Source: Patescibacteria group bacterium
GTDB taxonomy: Bacteria > Patescibacteriota > Patescibacteriia > UBA9934 > GWF2-40-263
Assembly: GCA_004297215.1 (NCBI GenBank)
Contig: SCUM01000001.1
Coordinates: 289,181-353,180, forward strand
Direction: 5' to 3'
Length of the DNA stretch: 64,000 nucleotides
Below the pieces are notes generated by a model. The model made no database searches. It was given only the letters and a program-made list of their open reading frames with translations, and had not been told where the DNA came from. Position numbers and translations under genes: made by a program. Each line of letters starts with the position of its first letter. Within the stretch, counting starts at the first letter, position 1. Below, piece after piece: positions 38,400 to 47,100 of the stretch.

Positions 38400-39779
38400 T
38401 TAGGCCGTCGTAACCGGCAGCTCGATCCAAAACGTGCTTCCCTTCCCCTCCTCGCTTTCGAATCCGATCCTGCCCCCGTGTTGTTCCACGAAATACTTGG
38501 AGATGTACAGCCCGAGGCCCGAGGAATCGGGTTTCATGGTGGAGGCGTTCGATGCGCGGAATAAGCGGTTGAACACGCGCGGCTGCTCCACCGCCGGGAT
38601 CCCGATGCCGGTGTCCTTCATGCTGAAGCGGATCGCGCCGTCGCGGTACTCGAGATTCGCGTCCACGCGGCCTTTTTCGGGAGTGTAGGTGACCGCGTTG
38701 TCCATGATCTTGGCGAAGACGTCGCGCAGCTTCTCGCCGTCGCCCTGGAGCGCGGGGAGCGGCGCGCTCGGCGGCGCGTACTCGCAGACGAGGTCCTTGA
38801 GCGTGCAGCGTTTCTTCCACTCGGCCAGCACCCCGTTCCAGATGGTTTCCACGGACACGGTCTCCTTGGAAACGAGGGCGCGCCCCTCCTCGATGTCCAT
38901 GGCCGTGAGCAGGTCGCGGATGCGGGAAATCACGTCGGTGTTGGCGTCGTAGGTGACGCGCAAGAACTCCTTCTGCTCGGCCTTGAGCGGCCCGAGCTGC
39001 TCGTTGAGCAGCGCCTCGATGTTCCAGCGGATGGCGTTGAGCGGGGTGCGGAACTGGTGCGTGACGATGCGGATGAACTTGTCCTTGAGCTGGTCGAGCT
39101 CCCTGATCCTCATCTGGGCCTTCTTCTCCTCGGTGACGTCCTGCACGGTGCCGTCCATTTCCAACGGCGTGCCGTCCTTCCCGTACGACACCTCGGCGCG
39201 CTCGTGCACGACGACGACGCTCCCGTCCGGGCGTACGACGCGATGCTCGATGTCGTACGGCGCATGCCCGCGGATCGACGCGTCGACGGCGCGCTTCACG
39301 AGATCGCGATCCTCGGGATGCACGCGCGCGAGGAACGCGTCGTAGGTGGGCTTGAACTCGCCCGGAGATGTTCCGAACATGCGATAGATCTCATCGGTCC
39401 ACGCGAGCGTCCCCGTAGGCACGTCCCATCGCCACGCCCCGATGTGCGCGAGGCGCTCGGCGTTTTGTAGCATCAGGTTGGTAGTCGTCGAATCCTTCTG
39501 GGACGCGAGCGCGTCGTCGAGCGCGTTGAGCATCGCAGTCCGCGCGTCCTGGAGTTCCTTCGTCTTGAGACGGAGCTTTTCGGCCTCCTCGGAAAGCCGT
39601 TTTTCGCGCTCGCGCCCTTCACGCGAGGAAATCTCGAGCGAACGATCCATGAGCGCGCGGTCCTCGTCAGCGCCCTCGTACGAACGGCTGACGGCCTCAA
39701 GCAACGGCCGGCATTCTTCCGGCACGGTCTCCAAGGTCCCGAAGGCCTTGCGCAGCTGTCGCTCGAGCAGCGGATGCAT
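38400..39779 (-). CDS. Cytoplasmic PAS-domain sensor histidine kinase
   Basis: Coiled-coil N-terminus, a PAS domain, HisKA H-box THQFRTPLNAIRWNIEAL, and HATPase_c G2 box GLGLYISKYFVEQHGGRI. Confidence 0.85.
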   Translation of the reverse strand: MHPLLERQLRKAFGTLETVPEECRPLLEAVSRSYEGADEDRALMDRSLEISSREGREREKRLSEEAEKLRLKTKELQDARTAMLNALDDALASQKDSTTTNLMLQNAERLAHIGAWRWDVPTGTLAWTDEIYRMFGTSPGEFKPTYDAFLARVHPEDRDLVKRAVDASIRGHAPYDIEHRVVRPDGSVVVVHERAEVSYGKDGTPLEMDGTVQDVTEEKKAQMRIRELDQLKDKFIRIVTHQFRTPLNAIRWNIEALLNEQLGPLKAEQKEFLRVTYDANTDVISRIRDLLTAMDIEEGRALVSKETVSVETIWNGVLAEWKKRCTLKDLVCEYAPPSAPLPALQGDGEKLRDVFAKIMDNAVTYTPEKGRVDANLEYRDGAIRFSMKDTGIGIPAVEQPRVFNRLFRASNASTMKPDSSGLGLYISKYFVEQHGGRIGFESEEGKGSTFWIELPVTTA

Positions 39780-39786
39780 ACGGCCT

Positions 39787-40932
39787 TCAGGCCTCGCGCA
39801 GCGTGGTGACGGTCATGGTCTGATTGTGCAGCCGGCACTGCTTCTCGGTCGCCGCCGAGGGCGAAATCTCGCCGTAAGAGTAGAACCCGCAGCTGGCGGC
39901 CTGCTCCCCGACCGCCGCGCGCACGGCCTCTATCTCCTCCTCCACGCGCTCCTTGAGCACGAGCTTGCGGCCCACGCAGCTCACGAGCACCGCAAGCTCG
40001 GCCTGCCCGTTGTCCAATCCTTCGATCCCCATCTTTCCCGCTCCGGATGCGCCGTCCACCAACCGGTCGAAATTCGCCTTCATGAGCCGCGCCAGCGCCC
40101 CTTGTGGCATGTCCCCGGCAAAGGTAAGGCTCTGCGCCTTCTCGTCGACGGCCAACAGCGTGCGCGTCACTTCTTCTTCTTCTTCTTCTTCTTTGAGCCG
40201 CACCTGCAGCGGGAAGAGCAATCCGCTCCCGGGCAGGTCCTTGGCCTTGTCCCCGAGATATTCCTTGTACAAGGCGAGCGCGGGCTTGCCGTCGATCTCG
40301 TAGAGCACGTTCCCTTCCGAACGCGTGATCACGCGCTCGGGCCCGAACGGGTCCCAGCCGCCCAGCGACCCGTGGCCCACGCGCAGCTGCGCGCCGTACA
40401 ACCCCACGAGCACGATCTGTCCCTCCGTTGCCGGGGCATCGAGCCCCACCAGCGTCTTCTTGAAATCCGCCCCGTCGCCCGAAAGCCCGCCTGTGACGGC
40501 CACGCCCTTGGGAAGCGCGCCGGCGAGCCCGCGCACGAGCCGCGTGCCGTTCACGCGCAATCCGTCGGAAAACACCATGGCGTGGACCAACCCCTCGTGC
40601 GGGAGGCACTGGCCGAGCTTGCGCCCCACTTCCTCGCTTTGCGCCGCATCCGAGATGGATTCCGCGCACGCGCGCACGGAGGAAGAGCGGAACCGCACGG
40701 CCGTGACCGAGAGCGACCCGTCGAGCACCTGCGCGCCGTGGATCTCCCCGGCCGTGGAGCAGCTCACGACATGCGCGTCCGGGTACATCGCCTTGAGTTC
40801 GGGATAGGTCGCGCTGTCCTCGAGCTTGGCGCGCGCGCCGAAGGCGAGCACGAGGTGCGCGCTTCCGGAAAGCTTCCCGGTGGCCGGTTTCCATCCGGTT
40901 TCCGCGGTCCACTGTTTCTGTTCTATCTCCAT
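39787..40932 (-). CDS. FIST-domain sensory protein (FIST_N plus FIST_C)
   Basis: 381 aa. The C-terminal GFYSYGEISP motif is typical of FIST_C. Also has an internal EEEEEEE tract. Confidence 0.55.
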   Translation of the reverse strand: MEIEQKQWTAETGWKPATGKLSGSAHLVLAFGARAKLEDSATYPELKAMYPDAHVVSCSTAGEIHGAQVLDGSLSVTAVRFRSSSVRACAESISDAAQSEEVGRKLGQCLPHEGLVHAMVFSDGLRVNGTRLVRGLAGALPKGVAVTGGLSGDGADFKKTLVGLDAPATEGQIVLVGLYGAQLRVGHGSLGGWDPFGPERVITRSEGNVLYEIDGKPALALYKEYLGDKAKDLPGSGLLFPLQVRLKEEEEEEEVTRTLLAVDEKAQSLTFAGDMPQGALARLMKANFDRLVDGASGAGKMGIEGLDNGQAELAVLVSCVGRKLVLKERVEEEIEAVRAAVGEQAASCGFYSYGEISPSAATEKQCRLHNQTMTVTTLREA

Positions 40933-40946
40933 ACGTCCCGTGGGAA

Positions 40947-42662
40947 TCAGGCGCCGGGCTTATCGCCGGTCGTCGCGTGTGGCGTCGCCGTGCCTGGCGA
41001 GGCATCCGCGCCCTCGGCCTGCGCCAGCCGCTTCTTGAGCTCGGCCATGCGCAGCTCGCGGCCCACCAAGTGCGCGTTCACGCGCTCGAGCTCGCGTTTT
41101 TCCGCTTCCAGCTCGCGGACGCGGTCGGCGACTTCCTTTTCCAGGCGTTGTGCGTACGAGCGCTGTTCCTCGGCGAGCCGCTTTTGCTGCGTCACGTCCT
41201 CGAGGATGAGCAGCGCCTCAAGCGCCTTGCGCCCGGCAAGCGGCGTGCCCGTGAGACGGAACGCCCGCCCGTCCGCTCCGGGAATCTCCCGCTCGAAGGG
41301 CGCTCCGGCGAGCGCGCCGCGCAGCTCCCCTTCGAGCGCGCGTTCCCGGCACCAGGCCGAGGCAAGCAGGCCGTCGCCTTCCATGACCCCGGTCCATTCC
41401 TTCGCGCGGGCGTTCGCGGACGCGACCGTCCCGTCGGCGGCGACCGTGATGATCCCCACCGGCGCCTGGGTGAACACGGCCTCGTAGAGCTGGTTGAGGC
41501 TGCCGAAATACTCGTCCAGGCGCTCGGCCATGGCGTTGACCCCCTGCGCGGCCTGGCCGATCTCGTCACGCTTGATGTCGGCGGCCGGCACGCGCGCGCC
41601 GAACTTCCCTTGCGCGAGCTCCTTGATGACCGCCGTGCACGCGCCCACGCGCCGGCCCATCACCACGCTCAACCCCACGCCCAACGAGGCCGAGAACGCC
41701 AAGGTGACGAACAGCACGAGCGCGTTCTGCGCGCGCGCCGCGCGCGCGGCCGCGTCCACTTCGGTCGTGTCGATTTCCGAGACGAGCGTCCACCATCTGC
41801 CCGCCTGGCAGCGCGAGGCGCCGATCACGGGCACACCGCGGTAGTCGATCCACTCTCCGGACGCGGATTCGCCGGCCTCGCGACATCGTCGCACCGGCTC
41901 GGTGTCGACCTTGACCTTGAGCACCACATCCGGGACGAAACGCGACGGAGTGACGAAATGGCCGTCCGCGTTCACCAGATAGGTCTCGAAGGTCGACTCG
42001 GGACGATCGGAAAGGATCTCTCCCAACAGCGCGGTGAGGTCGCGCGCCGAGACATGCAGCACGAGCACGCCGCCCGGCGTGCCTGCCTCCTTGGCGAGCG
42101 GGGCGGAAAAATGCAGGGTCGGCTCGGAGGGGTGTCCTTGCTCGTCACCCTCGAGGACGACGAAGCCGTTTGTCACGGTCTCCACGAACGAGGCGGCCAT
42201 GGCCCGGCGCCAGGCGTATTCGTATTCCAATTCCTCGGCGCTCTCGCTGTGTCCCACCCGCAGCGGCTCGGACGAGGCCACCACGCGCCCGTCGGCGTCG
42301 AACACTTCGGCAATCAGGATGGAACGATCGAGCGGCATCTTGAAGTCGCGCAAATACGCGCCGAGCTCGCGCGAGGCCTCCTGCGCCTCCGGGCTCTCCC
42401 TCGGCAGCGCGGCGATACGCGCGATCAGGGCGTTGATATGCCCGTCCGACGACCAATCGGACGCGCGCTTGGCGAGCCCGTCGAGGTACAGCGTGACGGA
42501 ACGCTCGGCAAGCTCCGCCGTGACGGCCACGTGCTCCGCGAACTTGTCCTCCACGCCCTGCCGGATGGTCCCCAGGCTCACGCCGAACACCACGAGGAGC
42601 GGGACGACCCCCGAAAGCACGAAGGCGAGGACGAGCTTGGAGCGGATGCGCATGGGACGCAA
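40947..42662 (-). CDS. Membrane sensor protein: periplasmic domain, TM, HAMP, PAS and a C-terminal coiled coil, with no catalytic output domain
   Basis: N-terminal TM LVLAFVLSGVVPLLVVFGV. HAMP-like IKELAQGKFGARVPAA...AQGVNAMAERL. PAS segment. Terminal heptads ELEAEKRELERVNAHL. Confidence 0.55.
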   Translation of the reverse strand: MRPMRIRSKLVLAFVLSGVVPLLVVFGVSLGTIRQGVEDKFAEHVAVTAELAERSVTLYLDGLAKRASDWSSDGHINALIARIAALPRESPEAQEASRELGAYLRDFKMPLDRSILIAEVFDADGRVVASSEPLRVGHSESAEELEYEYAWRRAMAASFVETVTNGFVVLEGDEQGHPSEPTLHFSAPLAKEAGTPGGVLVLHVSARDLTALLGEILSDRPESTFETYLVNADGHFVTPSRFVPDVVLKVKVDTEPVRRCREAGESASGEWIDYRGVPVIGASRCQAGRWWTLVSEIDTTEVDAAARAARAQNALVLFVTLAFSASLGVGLSVVMGRRVGACTAVIKELAQGKFGARVPAADIKRDEIGQAAQGVNAMAERLDEYFGSLNQLYEAVFTQAPVGIITVAADGTVASANARAKEWTGVMEGDGLLASAWCRERALEGELRGALAGAPFEREIPGADGRAFRLTGTPLAGRKALEALLILEDVTQQKRLAEEQRSYAQRLEKEVADRVRELEAEKRELERVNAHLVGRELRMAELKKRLAQAEGADASPGTATPHATTGDKPGA

Positions 42663-42705
42663 TCACGGCGCTAATCGCGCCCATCATAGCACGTTTCGCG
42701 CGCCG

Positions 42706-43542
42706 TCAAGAAACGTACACCCTCCGCGACGGCGGGATCGAGGCAATCGCCCGCTCGATGAGCGGCGCGACGGAAACTTGGGAAACCCACGCGGCGGGCG
42801 GACGCGTCGCGACCGTGTCCGTCACGATGATCTCGCGCACGCCCAGGCCGTGCAGCCTCTTCCAGGCCTCTCCGGCGAACAGCCCGTGCGTGACGCAAAT
42901 CAGGAGTTCCTTGGCGCCGGCGCGGCGCAGGCGTTCGCAGGCCGCGACCAGCGTGGAGCCCGTGTCGAGCTGGTCGTCCACGAGCACGCACCGGTTCCCC
43001 ACCGCGCCGACGGGCGCGCCGACCCGGACGCCGCGCGCGGTCCGCGCCTTCTCGAACCGCGTGACGGGACGCTTGTCCTTGAGCGCCCTGGCAACCGCCT
43101 CGCACCGCGCGACGGCGCCGTTGTCCGGAGCGACCAGCGTGGCGTCCTCCCATCCTCGGTCCAGGATCTCCTTCGCGAAAACCGGCGCGGGCGAGAGGGA
43201 AACGATCGGCACGGGGACCAGTTCCCTGTCCCGCAGGCTGTGCAGGTCCACGGTCACGATCCGACCGATGCCGGAGGCGCGGATGAGCTCCCCCAGCCAG
43301 GCGGTCGTGAGGCCAAGCCCCGGCTTCGCCTTGTCCTGGCGCATGTATGCCATGAACGGGATGACGGCCACCACCCGACCAGCCCCTTCCTTCTTGAGCG
43401 TATGCGCGGCAAGGAGCGTCTTAAGCAGGTTCTCGTCCGGAGGAGAAAAAGATCCGAACAGGGCGACCGTTCCGGAGAGCGTCGGGCATCCGGGAAGGTA
43501 CAGCTCCCCGTTCTCATAGCGGCGGAAGGCAAGCGTCGTCAT
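42706..43542 (-). CDS. prs: Ribose-phosphate pyrophosphokinase-like protein (divergent Prs)
   Basis: PFMAYMRQDK (compare Prs PYFGYARQDR) and the PRPP-binding loop VLVDDQLDTGSTL; 278 aa. Confidence 0.65.
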   Translation of the reverse strand: MTTLAFRRYENGELYLPGCPTLSGTVALFGSFSPPDENLLKTLLAAHTLKKEGAGRVVAVIPFMAYMRQDKAKPGLGLTTAWLGELIRASGIGRIVTVDLHSLRDRELVPVPIVSLSPAPVFAKEILDRGWEDATLVAPDNGAVARCEAVARALKDKRPVTRFEKARTARGVRVGAPVGAVGNRCVLVDDQLDTGSTLVAACERLRRAGAKELLICVTHGLFAGEAWKRLHGLGVREIIVTDTVATRPPAAWVSQVSVAPLIERAIASIPPSRRVYVS

Positions 43543-44168
43543 ACTTGTTTCATCATGGCGACCACCTCTTCGTCGCTCACCTGGTCGAACGCCTCGTAAT
43601 AATTGCCGATGGACCCGAGGAACATCGCCGGCTCGTGCAAGACGACGACCTCGTCAACCTCCTTCCCAAGCTCGCGCAGCGTATCGCGCGCCGCCACCGG
43701 GACCGCGATCACGACGGAAGACGGTTCGCGCGTCCGAAGCTCCGACAACGCCGCCTTCATGGTGAGCCCGGTCGCGATCCCGTCGTCGACCACGATGGCG
43801 GCCTTGCCCTTCACGGGGACGGCCGGTCTCCCGGAGAGGTATCGCTCGCGCCGTCGGCGGGCTTCCTCGCGTTGCCGTCGGACTTCCTCGTCGAACCATT
43901 TCGGATCCGCGGACCGGACTTCGTCCTCCTGACGCACGACGGCGCCCGTTTCCGTCACGGAGGCGATGGCGTATTCGGGGTTGTCCGGATGGCCGATCTT
44001 GCGTGGGATGAGCAGGTCGAGCGGGGCCTTGAGGGCCTTTGCGACCGCGACGCCCAGCACCACGCCCCCGCGCGGCAGGGCGTACACGACGACGGGCTTG
44101 CCGGCATAGGGCCGGAGCGCGTCGACGAGCTGCCGTGCCGCGTCCGCGCGATCCTTGAATCGGGGCAT
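43539..44168 (-). CDS. Phosphoribosyltransferase-family protein (PRTase type I fold, about 209 aa)
   Basis: Start MPRFKDRADAARQL at 44168. PRPP-binding motif AAIVVDDGIATGLTM. Overlaps the prs start by 4 nt. Confidence 0.65.
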   Translation of the reverse strand: MPRFKDRADAARQLVDALRPYAGKPVVVYALPRGGVVLGVAVAKALKAPLDLLIPRKIGHPDNPEYAIASVTETGAVVRQEDEVRSADPKWFDEEVRRQREEARRRRERYLSGRPAVPVKGKAAIVVDDGIATGLTMKAALSELRTREPSSVVIAVPVAARDTLRELGKEVDEVVVLHEPAMFLGSIGNYYEAFDQVSDEEVVAMMKQV

Positions 44169-44179
44169 AGGTCGATACC

Positions 44180-47100
44180 CTATTGGCCCGAAGCGGCAGG
44201 GGCAGATCGGACGAACGCGTTCAGGGCCGCCCTCGTAAGCGGTCCGACCAGGCCGATGGGCGGGATGTTCTTCAATGCCTGAAACGCGGCGACGGCGCGC
44301 TGGGTGATCGGTCCATAGGTGCCGGAGGCGGACACGTCTTCTGGGAAATGCTTGAGGCACCGAAGGATCTCCTGCAGTCGTACGACCGCGTCACCGACGT
44401 TCCCAGGGCCGAGGTTCGAGGTGAACGGCGAGGACAGGACGCAGGCGGAGGCCACCGGCTCGGGGGCCCTAGCCTCGACGCACATGGCCGGATCGTCCTT
44501 CGCGTTGATCGTGCGGATGCTCCCCGCGGCCTCGTGGGTGTCGTTCCAGACCACCCGATCGAGCTTCGGCTCCCCGCGCAAGGACACCTGGAGCGCCAGG
44601 CGGTGGTGCCAGGCGGCGTCCAGTTCGAGCAGTTCGAACGTGACGGCGGAACAGTCGCGTGTATCGACTAGGACGCGGACGTCGTTGTAGTCGAAATCCC
44701 GTCCGGAATCCTCGAACCCGACGATGGTCCTGCCGTCGGCGGCGGGCGTCACGCGGACGTACGGCGTCCCCATATGCCGTTCGGTCCCGTCCGGGTTCAC
44801 GATGTACAGGTCGTACCCGACCTCGTCGCACGCGACCTCGCACGGCGCTGGCAGAGCGTCCGCAGCGGGGACGGACGGAGGAGGCTCGACGTCGGTCGTG
44901 GGCGGAAGCGGCGGGAGGACGCCGGCAGGATCGACGTAGGGTTCTTCCACGTCCTCGACGATCGGAAGGATCGCCCCGACGACGTACGCGCCGTCCTCGT
45001 TGGCGTCGATGAGCGCGTACTGGCCGATGCCAAGATGCGAATCCGGCCAGATGAGCAGGTCACTCACGAGCGCTCCCGCGTTGGACAAGGCGATGCGCAC
45101 GTTGTGGAGCCACCCGGCGTCCACCGCGAGCACGGTCACCACGATCCTGGTCCAGTCCGAGTAGTCCACCCGGATCACGACGTCGTCGAAGTCGAAGTCC
45201 GATCCCTTGTCCTCGAACCGGATGATGTCCACGGTGTCGCTCACGCGCTCGACGCGCGCGTACCGCGGGTCGGTCATGTGGCGCTCGGTCCCGTCGGGAT
45301 TCACGATGTAGATGTCGTAGGACGCGGCGGAGAAGTCGACGTCCGGCGGGGCGGGTTGCGACGGCACGGGTTCGGTCACGGGGCTCGGCGGCGGAAGTTC
45401 GCTCGTCGTCTCCGGCGCGGACGGTTCCGGGGAGGTCGTCGTCCCGGTGTCGGATCCGGGATTGCTCGGAGGGTTCACGACGATGCTCCCTCCCCCGCTG
45501 CGCCGGGTGATTGAGAAGGAGATGTCCGTGGCGTCCGCAGCGGCATACGTCCCGTCGGCGTCGATGTCCGCATCGATGGTGCAGGTGCCAGCCGCGACGA
45601 ACGTGACGATGCCGGTGGTCGAGCCGATGGTGCACACTCCGGTCGTGGTGCTCGTGTACGTCTTGGTACCGGCTCCAGCGGAAGCGGTGGACGTGATGGT
45701 CGGCTCCGCTTCGGTGATCAGGTAACTCGACTCGTACGAGCCCGCGTCGATGGTGAGCGTGCGGGCGGCGAGGGTCACGCTGAAGGAGATGTCCGTGGCG
45801 TCGGCCGTGTCATAGGTGCCGTCGGCGTCGATGTCCGCATCGATGGTGCAGGTGCCGGCGGACACGAACGTGACGATCCCCGTGGTGGAACCGATGGTGC
45901 ACACGCCGGTCGTGGTGCTCGTGTACGTCTTGGTACCGGCTCCAGCGGAAGCGGTGGACGTGATGGTCGGAGGCGTGTCCGTGAGCTCGTAGCTGGCGAC
46001 GTACGAGCCCGCGTCGATGGTGAGCGTGCGGGCGGCGAGGGTCACGCTGAAGGAGATGTCCGTGGCGTCGGCCGCGTCGTAGGTGCCGTCGGCGTCGATG
46101 TCGGCGTCGATGGTGCAGGTGCCGGCCGCGACGAAGGTGACGATACCTGTGGTGGAACCGATGGTGCAGACGCCGGTCGTGGTGCTCGTGTAGCTCTTCG
46201 TCCCCGTTCCGGCGGAGGCGGTCGACGTGATGGTGGGCGGGGTGTCCGTGAGCGAATAGCTGGAGACGTACGAGCCTGCGTCGATCGTGAGCGTGCGGGC
46301 GGCCAAGGTGACCGAGAACGAAATGTCCGTCGCGTCGGCCGTGTCATAGGTGCCGTCGGCGTCGATGTCGGCGTCGATGGTGCAGGTGCCGGCCGCGACG
46401 AAGGTGACGATGCCGGTCGTTGATCCGATTGTACAGACGCCTGTGGTCGTGCTCGTGTACGTCTTCGTTCCCGTCCCGGCGGAGGCGGTCGACGTGATGG
46501 TCGGGGGCGTGTCCGTCATGGAGTAACTGGCCACGTACGAGCCCGCGTCGATGGTGAGAGTGCGGGCGGCCAGCGTCACCGAGAACGAGATGTCCGTCGC
46601 GTCGGCCGTGTCATAGGTGCCGTCGCTCGCGATGTCGGCATCGATCGTGCAGGTGCCGGCCGCGACGAAGGTGACGATGCCGGTGGTCGAGCCGATGGTG
46701 CACACGCCAGTCGTGGTACTCGTGTACGTCTTGGTGCCGGCTCCAGCGGAAGCGGTGGACGTAATCGTCGGCGGCGTGTCCGTGAGCGTGTAGCTCGCGA
46801 CGTACGAGCCGGCGTCGATGGTGAGGGTACGGGACGCCAGGCTCGTGGTGAAGTTCAGGATGGATCCTTCGAACGCGGTCGTGCAAGAGACGTTCGGATA
46901 CGTGCCGGTGAGCGCGCTCGTGCACGCGCGGATCTTGAAATAATAGGTGATCCCGGAGGTGAGGCCGGTCACGGCATAGCTGAACGGCTGGGTGGACGAC
47001 CCGCCGGCCGTGAGCGCGGCCGTGCCGGTGCCGTCGTCGACGGTGACGGTCGTCGTCCCGGAAGAAAGATCCGAGACGGTGCCGTACACGAACTGGATGC

